A stretch of DNA of 63,946 nucleotides from Octopus bimaculoides (lineage: Eukaryota): NCBI RefSeq assembly GCF_001194135.2, contig NC_068986.1, forward strand, positions 105,825,730 to 105,889,675, read 5' to 3'. The position numbers were made by a program, and so were the translations under genes. Position 1 is the stretch's first letter. The number at the start of each line of letters is the position of its first letter. The notes under the pieces were generated by a model. It was given only the letters and a program-made list of their open reading frames with translations. It ran no database searches and was not told the origin of the DNA. This document shows, piece by piece, positions 12,768 through 25,500 of this stretch.

Positions 12768-15700
12768 GTGAGTACAGTTTGTTTTAACCCCTTTCACAGA
12801 CATATTTCATTGGGACCACGTACTCAGTCCACCCCACCACCATTACAGGTTGTTGTCGACTTATGACCACAATTGGTTCCGACTGACTGGTTGTAAGTAG
12901 ATTTGGTCCTAAGATAGCCTATAGGTCTACATAACTTTGTTTTATATTTTTACATTCTTAAGGTATATTCTCAGGTAAAAGTTAGATTCACTTGTGCCCT
13001 GCCTTTCATACAATTAAACATGGCATATCCATCATCATCATCGTTTAACGTCCGTTTTCCATGCTAGCATGGGTTGGATGATTTGACTGAGGACTGGTGA
13101 ACCGGATGGCTGCACCAGGCTCCAATCTGATTTGGCAGAGTTTCTACAGCTGGATGCCCTTCCTAACGCCAACCACTCCGAGAGTGTAGTGGATGCTTCT
13201 ACGTGCCACTGACACGAGGGCCAGTCAGGTGGTACTGGCAACGGCCACGCTCAAAATGGTGTTTTTTACGTGCCAGCAGCACTGGCAATGACCTCACTTG
13301 AATGTTTTTTTATGTGCCAGTAAGGCGACACGGGTAACAATCATGTTCAAATGGTGCTATTTACATGCCACTGGCACGAAAGCCAGACAGCTGCTCTGGC
13401 AATGATCACGCTCAGACGGTGCTGTTAGTGCTCCACTGGCACAAGTGCCACTCATCGAATTTATTTCAATTACGATTTCGATTTCACTTGCCCCAACAGG
13501 TCTTCGCAAGCAAAGTTTAGTGTCCAGTGGAGGAGAGGTTGGCATGGGTGCCAGTCGTCGAATTTGGTTCAATCGTACCAAACTCATTTCCTTCCATCCT
13601 TCATAGTTCTTCCACATCCTACACTAATGTACTACATCTTACACCAACTTCAGTCTACTGTTTGACTGAGGACTGGTGAACCAGATGGCTACACCAGGCT
13701 CCAATCTGATCTGGCAGAGTTTCTACAGCTGGATATCCTTCCTTATACCAACCACTCCGAGAGTACAGTGGGTGCTTTTACGTGCCATCGGCACGAGGGC
13801 CAGTCACACGGTACTGGCAACGGCCACGCTCAGAAATCCTGCATCTGATGTAATAGTTTCCCCTAATGATTACATGTAGTGTCCCCATGTCCTAATAGAT
13901 TTATATTTAAAAATTTTCCCCAAGCCTTATGACTCATTAGACTGCTTACATGGTTTCCATGGCTTACATGTGACTAAGATCATAGCATTTCTCCTGAACA
14001 GTATGCCAGTATGTTGCAGGGTTTGAGGCCAGCAATTTTTTATTGTTGCAGGAGGGAACAAGTTGGTTACATTTATCTCAGTATTTGACTTACCTTATTT
14101 TATTGATCCCTTAAAGGGATGATGACCGCAGTAGAATTTAAAACCCGAAAGTAAAGAGAAAGAAGGAATGCAGCTAAGCAAATTTCCAATGTGCTGGCAT
14201 TTCTGCCATTTCGTCCTTTTGGTTTTGAATTTTGGTACAAGGCCTGAAATTTCGGAGAAGAGTATAAGTTGATTGCATTGACCCCAGTGTGTAACCGGTA
14301 CTTATTTTATCAACCCTGAAAGGATGAAAGGCAAAGTTGACCTTGGTGGAATTTGGACTCGGAACTTGAAGATGGATGAAATACCACTAAGCATTTCCCC
14401 CGGTGTGCTAAGGATTCTGCCAGCTTACCATCTTCCTGTGGGTGTATACTTTTCTACTCTAGGCACAAGGTCCAAAACTTTGGGGGGATGGGGCCTGTTG
14501 ATTAGATCGACCCCAGTACTCAAATGGTACTTAATTTATCGATCCCAAAAGGATGAAAGGCAATGTCGACCTTGGTGGAATTTGAACTCAGAACATAAAA
14601 AAGACAGACGAAATACCGCTAAGCATTTTGCCTGGCATGCTAACGATTCTGCCATCTCGCTGCCTTTTCCTTTGGATGTATATTACACACTTGACATTAC
14701 TGATATCCTCCTCAGTAAATCTTTTGTGATGGTCTGACCAAAGACTTGAGTGGATTTTGTAGACAGAAACTGACAGAAGCCTGCATGTGTGTGTTACTGT
14801 CTCTTTGCCTTGACATCACATGATGTAAGCAAGTATCCCTGTCATTCAAACAGTATTTTTCATTTCCGGTGCTCCTTGAGAACATGTCTAGTCATGGGGA
14901 ATTATTACTTTACTGGGAAACTGGTGAGAGTTGGTGACAGGAAAAGCATCCAGCTATAGAAAATCTGCCCTGACTAATGCAAGCATGTAAAAGAGGATAT
15001 TAAAATGATGGTAATGAGGGTGGTAGGAGTAGAAATGGTGATGTGTCTATATATGAAACTTATATATTTACAGCGAAAGCTGAAACCATCCAGAAGATTG
15101 AAAAGATAATTCAGAAACAGATTACTATTGAGATTAAAGAGAAAGAAAATGAACTGAATATTATTGACCAGGTAAGTCAAAATCACTGCATGTAATGATA
15201 ACTGTTTAACTTGTTTCAGTCATTTGACTGCGGCCATGCTGGAGCACGGCCTTTAGTCGAGCAAATCGACCCCAGGACTTATTCTTTGTAAGCCTAGTAC
15301 TTATTCTATTGGTCTCTTTTACCAAACTGCTAAGTTACGGGGGGGCGCAAACACACCAGCATTGGTTGTCAAGTGATGTTGGGGGGACAAACACAGACAT
15401 GCAAACACACACGTATACATATATACGACGGGCTTCTTTCAGTTTCCGTCTACCAAATCTACTCACAAGGCTTTGGTCAGCCCAAGGCTATAGTAGAAGA
15501 CACTTGCTCAAGGTGCCACGCAGTGGGAATGAACCCGGATCCATGTGGTTGGTAAGCAAGCTACTTACCACACAGCCACTCCTGCGTCTGATGTTGATAA
15601 TGCTTTTGATCAAGGCATGAATTTCATTACATCCGATGTTGCTTTCATTGGAAATCTGATCTGTCTTTTACCTGATTAAAATATATCAACGTGGATTACA

Positions 15701-18700
15701 CAAATCTGATGTTAATGATTTTGGTTGTATCGCTGGGCTTTGAAAATGCTGTTGCATTGATTTGGTGCTGACTCATTTGTGCCAGCTGAGTGGATTGGAG
15801 CAACCTGAAGTTAAGTGTCTTGTCTAATGATACAATGTACCTCTTGGACCAGGGATTGAACCCACAACATTATGAAAGAGAGACTCAGTTGCTTAACCAC
15901 TGCGCCATCAGATAATGGTTTGTGTGTTTAGTTGTAACTTCTAGGAAAATGGATTTGTGTAAAAATCTCCGTCCATTTTCTCCACCCCCTATCCTTGGAA
16001 GGGTTGTTGGGGTAGAGTCTTCAGGCACCCATTCCATAGGGTCCTATCAAAAGCAACCATCGTTACACTTTCCGGTTGAGTTCCCAACTGTATCTATGGA
16101 TGTTATCCATCTCATTCTTGGTTGCTCCCTTAGGTCTTCTTGCTGATTGGTTTCCTGTGGCATTCTAATCATGTGTGAAGGCGCAATGGCCCAGTGATTA
16201 GGGTAGCGGACTCGTGGTCATAGGATTGCGGTTTCGATTCCCAGACTGGGCGTTGTGAGTGTTTATTGAGCGAAAACACCTAAAGCTCTACGAGGTTCTG
16301 GCAGGGGATGGTGGCGAACTCTGCTGTACTCTTTCACCACAACTTTCTCTCACTCTTTCTTCCTGTTTCTGCTGAATCTGTAATTCAAAGGGCCAGCCTT
16401 GTTAGACTTTGTGGTGACGCTGAATCTCCCCGAGAACTATGTTAAGAGTACACATGTCTGTGGAGTGCTCAGCCACTTGCACATTAATTTCACAAGCAGG
16501 CTGTTCCGTTGATCGGATTAACTGGAACCCTCGACGTCGTAAGCAATGGAGTGCTTATCATATGTCCATATTACAGGCTCAGTCTAGAGGGACTCCCTGA
16601 TCTCTAAGCTACACACCCTTTTGAGTACTGTTACTCGAGAAATCCTTCAGAGGAACTCCAATTCGGCCACTTGTCTTTTGGATATTACCCAACATTCATG
16701 GTCATCCATGAGGACAAGCGCAGAAGCCAAATTTAAGATAGTAAGTTTGGCTTTTTGTACCAATGTACCCTCTTCTGAGGATCAAATGCTGGAAATGGCA
16801 CTGGTGTATTACTGGGCCAGTAACAGCAGTTCTAGCATCTGTTATCCATTCAGCCTCCTGTCTCCCATCTCTTGTGAATATGACCCTGACGTACATAAAT
16901 TTCTCCACTTATTTCTTGTAATGCTTCATAAACATGCAGAGTGCACACGGGAAAATTTTCTTTAGAGGACAAATGTCTCATTGCAACATGTATAGAAATA
17001 TGAATTATAAGTTAATAGTTAAGATTTAAATGTGAATGATGTAAGATTCTTTGAGAAAAAGGAAGAGCAGCAGTCTTTCTGATTAGACTTAAACATGTGC
17101 TTGAGTCAAGCGAAATCGTAGTTGTGGCCGATGCCAGTGTTGCCTGACTGGCACCCGTGCCAGTGGCATGTAGAAAAGCACCATTCGTGTGTGGTCGATA
17201 CCAGTGCTTCCTGTCTGGCTCCCATGCTGGTAGCACATAAAAAGCACCATTTGAGCATGGTAGATGCCAGTGCTGCCTGATTGGCCTCAGCACTGGTAGC
17301 ATGTAAAAAGCACCCACTACACACTCAGAGTGGTTGGTGTTAGGAAGGGCATCCAGCTGTAGAAACACAGCCAGATCAGATTGGAGCCTGGTGCAGCCTC
17401 CTGGCTTGCTAGTCTTCAGTCAAACCGTCCAACCCATGCCAGCATGGAAAGTGGACGTTAAACAATGATGCTGATGTGTTTGTCTTTGAATATTAGTAGA
17501 ATAGCCTTACTTTATCTAAAAATGTAATTGAAGAAAAAAAGCAATTAAAATGTGGTGTGTATAATGAAACTCAGGTGTTTTTACATGCTGATGCCCTGTA
17601 GATAGCACCAGTGCTGGTGTCACATAGAAACCACCCAATACATTCTGTAAAGTGACTGGTGTTAGGAAGGGCATCAGGCTATAGAAACCAAACGAAAACA
17701 GACAATTGTGGCCTATTGCAGCTTGCTAGCTCCTGTCCAGTTGTCCAACCCATGTCACCCTAGAAAATGGACATTAAATTATGATAATCTAATTATCCAA
17801 TGTTTTTTTAAATTATAACACCTTTGTAATTTCATTTTTGTATATATTTCACTTTTTAGCATTTTATGTTTTTTTTTTTTTTTTGCAGTCCATCTATCAA
17901 ACTCGTCACCTGCTGGATCGGCTCAGGGCATGTCTTGTTGCTAATTATTACTCAAATGATTCCATAGGAAATCTCCCACAGGTAAATACACACCTTTTGA
18001 AACTGAACTCTCTCCTTTCATATACCTTCAGCTATATTTGTCTCTATTATCAATGCAAGTTCTTCATTACGATCTAAGAGACATGGTTAAGAACCTTATT
18101 TTGCAACCACATAGTTCCGGTTTTAAGCCCACTGCATAGCACCTGGGGCCCAGTTTTGATGGAAACTGTGCAGAAGTGTCGTGTATGCATGTGTGTTCCT
18201 GCATCAGTGTTTGTGTATGCTGGTATAAATTCCCAAAGAACTTGCTTTAACCCTCTGCCTGACCAAAGTATTCTTTCATAAGTTTGCCCTAAACATCCCT
18301 GCTTGTTTTCAGGCTTTTAATTAGCCCTTCTTTCTTGAAACACTCCGTCGGTTATGACGATGAGGGTCCCAGTCGATCCGATCAAGGGAACAGCCTGCTC
18401 GTGAAATTAACGTGCAAGTGGCTGAGCACTCCACAGACACGTGTACCCTTAACATAATCCTCAGGGAGATTCAGCATGACACAATGTGACAAGGCTGGCC
18501 CTTTGAAATACAGGTACTACTCATTTTTGCCAGCTGAGTGGACTGGAGCAACGGGAAATGAAGTGTCTTGCTCAAGGACACAACGCGTCGCTGGGAATTG
18601 AACTCACGACCTTACAATCGTGAGCCAAATGCCCTAACCACTAAGCCATGCACCCTCACCTTGTTTCAACCTTCTGAATAATATAAAGATTTCCTTTCAC

Positions 18701-19545
18701 AAGTCTTGAGTTATTCTGATGGTTGCAAAAAGAAAAAAAGAAATGGAAATCATTATCATTATCGTTTAACATCCGCTTTCCATGCTAGCATGGGTTGGAT
18801 GATTTGACTGAGGACTGGTGAACCAGAAGGCTGCACCAGGCTCCAATCTGATCTGGCAGAGTTTCTACAGCTGGATGCCCTTCCTAACGCCAACCACTCC
18901 GAGAGTGCATCATATATAATGCATAGACATCAATGAAATATATCCTGTGGATTACGTGATACAGGGAAAGGTGAAGGGTTAAGAGAAAGTGATATAGCTT
19001 AAGCTACACTCAGATATTCAATAAAAACGATCAAGGGACATTGATGAAGTGTGTACCAGGTAGAGTTTTGTCTCTTTCTACATCTATCATCATCATCATC
19101 ATTTAACGTCTTTTGTCCATGCTGGAATGGGTTGGACAGTTTGACCAGGGCTGGTAAGCTGGAAAGCTGCACCGGACTCCACTCCGATTTGGCCTAGTTT
19201 TATATGGCTGGATGCCCTTCCTAACACCAACCACTCCAAGAGTGTAATGGGTGCTTTTATGTGCCATAGGCACAGATGCCATTTACGTGACACCAGTATC
19301 TGCCACAGCTGCAAATTTACTCAGGTTGATGGGTCTTCTTCTCAAGCACGGCATATCGCCAAAGGCCTCGGTCATTGTCTTTGGCATTATGTTGTACTTA
19401 AGAAGAAGACCCATCTTCTCGAGACCCATTATTGATAAAGACCGAAGCACTGGGGTTGATATAGGTGACTAAAACATTGCAAGATGCTGCTTCAGCATGA
19501 CCGCAAACCAGTAAAAGAATAAGGTCCCTGTTGATAAATGATAGA

Positions 19546-19588
<43 letters not shown>

Positions 19589-22500
19589 TACATAAAGGCA
19601 GTGAGCTGGCAGACAAAATGCTTAGCGGTATTTCGCCTGTAGATACGTTCCGAGTTCAAACTCCGCCGAGGTCGACTTTACCTTTCATCCTTTCGGGGTC
19701 GATAAAATAAGTGCCGCCTTTAGTTGAACAAATTGACCCCAGGACTTATTCCTTGTGAGCCTAGTGCTTATTCTGTTGGTCCCTTTTGTCGAACTGTTAA
19801 GTTATGGGGGACGTAAACACCCCAACATCTGTTCTCAAGCAAAGGTGGGACTCACACACACATGCACATGACAGGCTTCTTTCAGTTTCCATCTACCAAA
19901 TCCAATTAAGGCTTTGATTGGGCCGAGGCTATAGTAAAAGACAGTAAATGCCACACAGTGGGACTGAACCTGGAACCACGTGGTTGGGATGCAAGCTTCT
20001 TATCACAGGCAGCCATAATATATTGTTGTTCTTTTTATTTGTTCAGAAACCCTATAGCAGTGCTGTACCATCGATTCACCCGGCAGTGAAAAAGTACCTT
20101 GGCAAGAAACCCAGTTATTCAAATGAGCAGTGGCTGGAGAAGAGCCAATGGCAGGGAACAAGTGATTCATCAACTGGCTTGCAGTCCACAAATAGTTCTG
20201 GGAATTGCTCACAGAGCTCTGTCACTGTTGTCGAGACTGGTGATGAGTTGGGCCAAAAGGTAAGAGAACAAGAAAAAAAAAATCCACTGTTTGCTTCTGT
20301 GTGTCTGTAGAGAGAGAGAGAGAGAGAAGCCCGCCGTATATATGTATATATAGAGAGAGAGAAGAGAGAGATGACTTACTGTGATATATCTCATATCCTT
20401 TGAATTTGGTTCATGATGTAATTGAATAACTAGATTTGTATTTTCAATGAGAGAACAGAGCAGAGAATGAATCAAGATAAGATTGAGTTGATCTTGGTGG
20501 CACTCCATGAGTTGGATGGTCTGACAGGATCCAATGGACTCAAAGACTGCATTGTGCTCCAGTATTTGTCTTGGAATGGTTTCTATGGCCGGATGCCCTT
20601 CATATCACCAACCACTTTACAGCATGTACAACATGCTTTTCCATGCCACAAGTATTAGTGAGGTTGCCATGCAGCTTACAGGACTATGAACTCCAAGATC
20701 AGCAGCTTTATGTCACGAGTCAAGGGGTTAAAATATGACAGAGGGTAAGGGGGCCACAGCAGAAGAGATTTATTGCTTTAGAAGGGCCGCAATGCAACTC
20801 ACAATTTAGAAGAGAGGTTAGTGGGTAATCAAAGTGGGGCTGATAAGAGATACAACTAGTGATGATGGGGGTGTCTGTGTGAACCCCTCATGGTATGAGG
20901 TGAGCAGATGTGAATGAGGGCAGAAGAATTGGAAGAGTGTATGGAGAGAAAACTAGGTGTCATTTAATTTCACAGCTTAATCTCAGTAAATCATCATCAT
21001 CATCGTTTAACGTCCGCTTTCCATGCTAGCATGGGTTGGACGATTTGACTGAGGACTGGCGAATCAGATGGCTACACCAGGCTCCAAATCTGATTTGGCA
21101 GAGTTTCTACAGCTGGGTGCCCTTCCTAACGCCAACCACTCCAAGAGTGTAGTGGGTGCTTTTACGTGCCACCGGCACAAGGGCCAGTCGGGTGCTACTG
21201 GCAACGGCCACGCTCAAAAAAGTGTTTTTTATGTGCCACCTGCACGGGAGCCAGTCCAGAGGCATTGACAACGACCTCGCTCGAATGATTTTCTAATGTG
21301 CCACCAGCACAAGTGCTAGAAGGCGACGCTGGTAACGATTACGCTCAAATAGTGCCATTTACGGGCCACTAGCACGGAAGCCAGACAACTGCTATGGCAA
21401 TGAACACGCTCGGACAGCCTCCTTAAGTTGTTGATTAACCTCGGCTCTATCCTGGTCATTCCTGTGGTCTTGAATAACCTTTGGTCAATCCTGATCAAGC
21501 TGATCTATAATTAAAGGTATTCTGACCATGACCATCCCACATTTTTTTTTTTTTTTTAAACTAGGACCACTTTATCAAAAGTTACCTTTTTTTATTTTTG
21601 ACGATGGGCTGTGATTTGACAAAGATTTACTGCTATTTTTAGCAGGTTAAGTGACCACATAAAGGCTCTCTTGTTGACTCGTGTCTTCCTGAGTTGTTCA
21701 AGATGTAATACAGGGTTACCCAAAAGTAGGTTTACAGCTATCATGTAGGCACTTTAAATTTCTTTTAAAACATTTTATTAAATTTAAATTTCTATCTTAC
21801 AACCATATTCTTTATGCACATCTTAAACAGACAATGTTTAGTCTCTCAGATGCTCAAAATGTCCTCTTTCAACATTGCAACATTCTTCAAACCTCTTCAG
21901 AATTCTCTGACACACAGTGCGGCACAAATTCCAATCTCCATCAATTTCAGTGAATGCATCAGAAATGTAATCTTTTAAGTCATTTACTGTTTAGGGATTC
22001 TGCTCATAAACCTTGTTCTTTACAACAATCCTGCCCAAAAAAGAAATCCACTTTAGTATTCACTTTCTTTGCTCTTGGTTTAAATTGTTTCCCATGGCTC
22101 ACACTTTACCGTTCCTGTAAAAAAAAAAAAATTACAAACTGAAAAGGGAGCTTGACAAAATTAACTAAATTAGCATAGAGTAATAGTTTCATATTTTTTT
22201 ATAATTAAGATCTAAACTGTTAATATATGAATGCGAAAGAGATAGTTGAATAACTGTAAACCTACTTTTGGGCCACCCTGTATTTGCCAGAATCATTAGC
22301 AGGTAGGACAANNNNNNNNNNNNNNNNNNNNNNNNNNNNNNNNNNNNNNNNNNNNNNNNNNNNNNNNNNNNNNNNNNNNNNNNNNNNNNNNNNNNNNNNN
22401 NNNNNNNNNNNNNNNNNNNNNNNNNNNNNNNNNNNNNNNNNNNNNNNNNNNNNNNNNNNNNNNNNNNNNNNNNNNNNNNNNNNNNNNNNNNNNNNNNNNN

Positions 22501-25500
22501 NNNNNNNNNNNNNNNNNNNNNNNNNNNNNNNNNNNNNNNNNNNNNNNNNNNNNNNNNNNNNNNNNNNNTTCTGGCTGAGTTCAATTACTGCCAAAGTCAA
22601 CCTTGCTTTTTATCCTCTCGGGGTTGATAAAATAATGGAATCGAAAAACTGCTGGCCTTGTGCCAAACTTTGAAGTAAAAATACCTTTTCTTTTTTTTTT
22701 GTACCATCTGATATTATTTTTTTTATATTTTAACACAGAAATCTGATTCATTGACCAAATTGGAACCAGAAGTCAGTTCTGGCCGAGCTTCTCGCTTCCG
22801 TGTAAAGAAAAAACTCATTGTTGGAAATATATCCAAGTAAGATGTATTTTTGTTCATTTTTAAAGGCACAGCAGCTCTCATCATCATCATCATTATTTAA
22901 CGTCCACTTTCCATGCTGGCATGGGTTGGACAGTTTGAATGAGGACTGGCAGGCCAGGAGGCTGCACCAAGCTCCAATCTGATCTGGCAAGGTTTCTACT
23001 GCAGGATGCCCCTCCTAATGTCAACCACTCCAAGAGTGTAATGGGTACTTTTTACATGCCACCGGTGCTGGGGCCAGTCAGGCGGCACTGGCATCGACCA
23101 CACTCGAATGGTGCTTTTTACGTGCCATATAATTTAACTTTTAGCATTCAGATTACTCTATCGGATGTAATTTCTATTTATTCACATTCATCATCATCAT
23201 CATCATCATCGTTTAACGACCGCTTTCCATGCTAGCATAGGTTGAACGATTTGACTGAGGACTGGCGAACCGGATGGCTGCACCAGGCTCCAATCTGATT
23301 TGGCAGAGTTTCTACAGCTGGATGCCCTTCCTAATGCTAACCACTCCGAGAGTGTAGTGGGTGCTTTTACGTGCCACCGGCACGAAGGCCAGTCAGGCAG
23401 TACTGGCAATGGCCATGCTCAAAATGGTGTATTTTACGTGCCACCTGCACAGGAGTCAGTCCAGCGGCACTGGCAATGATCTCGCTCGAATGTCTTTACA
23501 CATGCCACCAGCACAAGTACCAGGAAGGCGACGCTGGGCACAGGTGCCATTATGATTTCGCTTTCACTTGCCCCAACAGGTCTTCGCAAGTCAAGTTTAA
23601 TGTCCAATGAAGGAGACGACTTTGTTTTGAATTAATGTTGCATTATCTTGTATCTAAGATTTCGGTGTTGTGATAGTTTAATTTTAGAATGACATTGTAG
23701 AGTAGGTGTGAGATGCTGGATCTGGCTGGTTTGGAACAAAAAACAGAATATTTGAGTCATATATGACTGGTTTAAATGCTAAAGAGTTTAGCTACTATAT
23801 CCAGCATCTTCTGCAGTGTATCTTCAATACATCTAACTTCCATTAACATCACCATGTGTTTTCTCCATCACAGGCACCCTATATAAATCCATTAGCATTT
23901 AAACCACCCAAATCCGGTCCAAATATTCTACATGTTTTTTGCTCAAACCATCCAGATTAGGCTTCTCAGACCTAGTCTGCAATGTCCTCATACAAATAAA
24001 CAATCCCCTCATTAATGATTTAGTTGAAGCTAAGTGGCTGGGGGTTGATGTAATTGCCTTGCACCTTCCCCCAAAATTTCAGGCCTTGTACTTATAGTAA
24101 AAAGGATTATTATTATTATTATTAAGGCGCGCGAGCTGGCAGAATTGTTAGCACGCTGGGCAAAATGCTTAGCGGTATTTCGTCTGTCTTCACTTTCTGA
24201 GTTCAAATTCCGCTGGGGTCAACTTTGCCTTTTATTCTTTCAGTATTGATAAATTAAGTACCAGTAATGCACTGGGATTGATGTAATTGACTTAATCCCT
24301 TGCCCCAAATTTGAGGTCTTGTGCTTCCTGTAGAAAGGATTATTATTATTATCATTATTATTATTAGGTTCATTCCACCGGATCGCCGTGAAGAAAGTGA
24401 TCCCTCTACTCACAAATGGCTTATCTATGTCCGAGGCACCAAAGAAGAACCCAACATTAACCATTTTGTCAAGAAAGTTTGGTTTTTCCTGCATCCAAGT
24501 TACCGTCCTAATGATTTAGTTGAAGTTGTGTAAGTGACGTTTTTGTTGTTTTAATATGCTTTCTTCCCCTTCATCATCATCATCATAATAATAATGTTCA
24601 ATGTTCCATGCTTCCATGTACGGAAGCAGGTTCTCTATGGCCCGATTGCCTTTCCTGCTGCCAACACTTCACCTGTTTCCAAGGAAGTTAATATTTACCC
24701 ATAGCCAGAATGCTCACAATTTAACCGGTGGTACTGTAAGGGGACCAGCATGTCAAAGAGTAGACCAATTATCTCGTCTGTGCATCAGAAAAGGTGATTA
24801 AAAGAAGATGAGGTAGGATTTGCACTCTGACCTCGTAAAAACCCTCACCAGCAACGACTACCCAAACATACCCATGGAGGCTGTTGCCTGAGCGGTGCAA
24901 AGGTGTCATCCATCAGGAGTAGGAAATTGCCAACAAGCGGTGGATGCAGCAATGTGCTGTTCCAGTGCATACCCCTCCCCACTACTACTACTGCATGGCC
25001 AGACATGTTTTCACAGAGGATTGCAAATAAATGACATTCATTTACAGCAATCACATGATGCCATGACAGCGAGACACAAACACACACATACACTCGTCTT
25101 TATATTCTTTTATTTCTTTTATTTTTGTTTGTCATTTAACTGCGGCTATGCTGGAGCACCACCATTTGTCAAACAAATCGACTCTAGGACTCATTCTTTG
25201 TAAGCCTAGCACCCATTCTAACAGTCTCCCTTGCTGAACTGCCAAGTCACGGGGATGCAAACGCACCAACATCTGTTGTCGAGCAATGGGTGTGGGGAGA
25301 AAAACACAGACCCACAAGCAAATATATATATATACATATGTATGTATATATATATATATATACATACATATACATATATACATATATTTATGTATATATA
25401 TACACACACACATAGAGTGCTTTGTCTTATTAAAGGGAACACTGCCTAGCGAAGGCTCAACAAGTACGATTCATATTGGATTATTGCTGCCATATAAGGA

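Noticed and set aside
16177-16250. tRNA-like sequences at SINE heads (also 33721, 35978, 37797, 53143, 55288)
   Set aside because: They continue into SINE bodies and lack a complete cloverleaf and terminator; not called as tRNA genes.
24790-24960. Possible HDV-like ribozyme in a GC-rich repeat fragment
   Set aside because: I could not build the nested double pseudoknot (P1/P3/P1.1) from the sequence.
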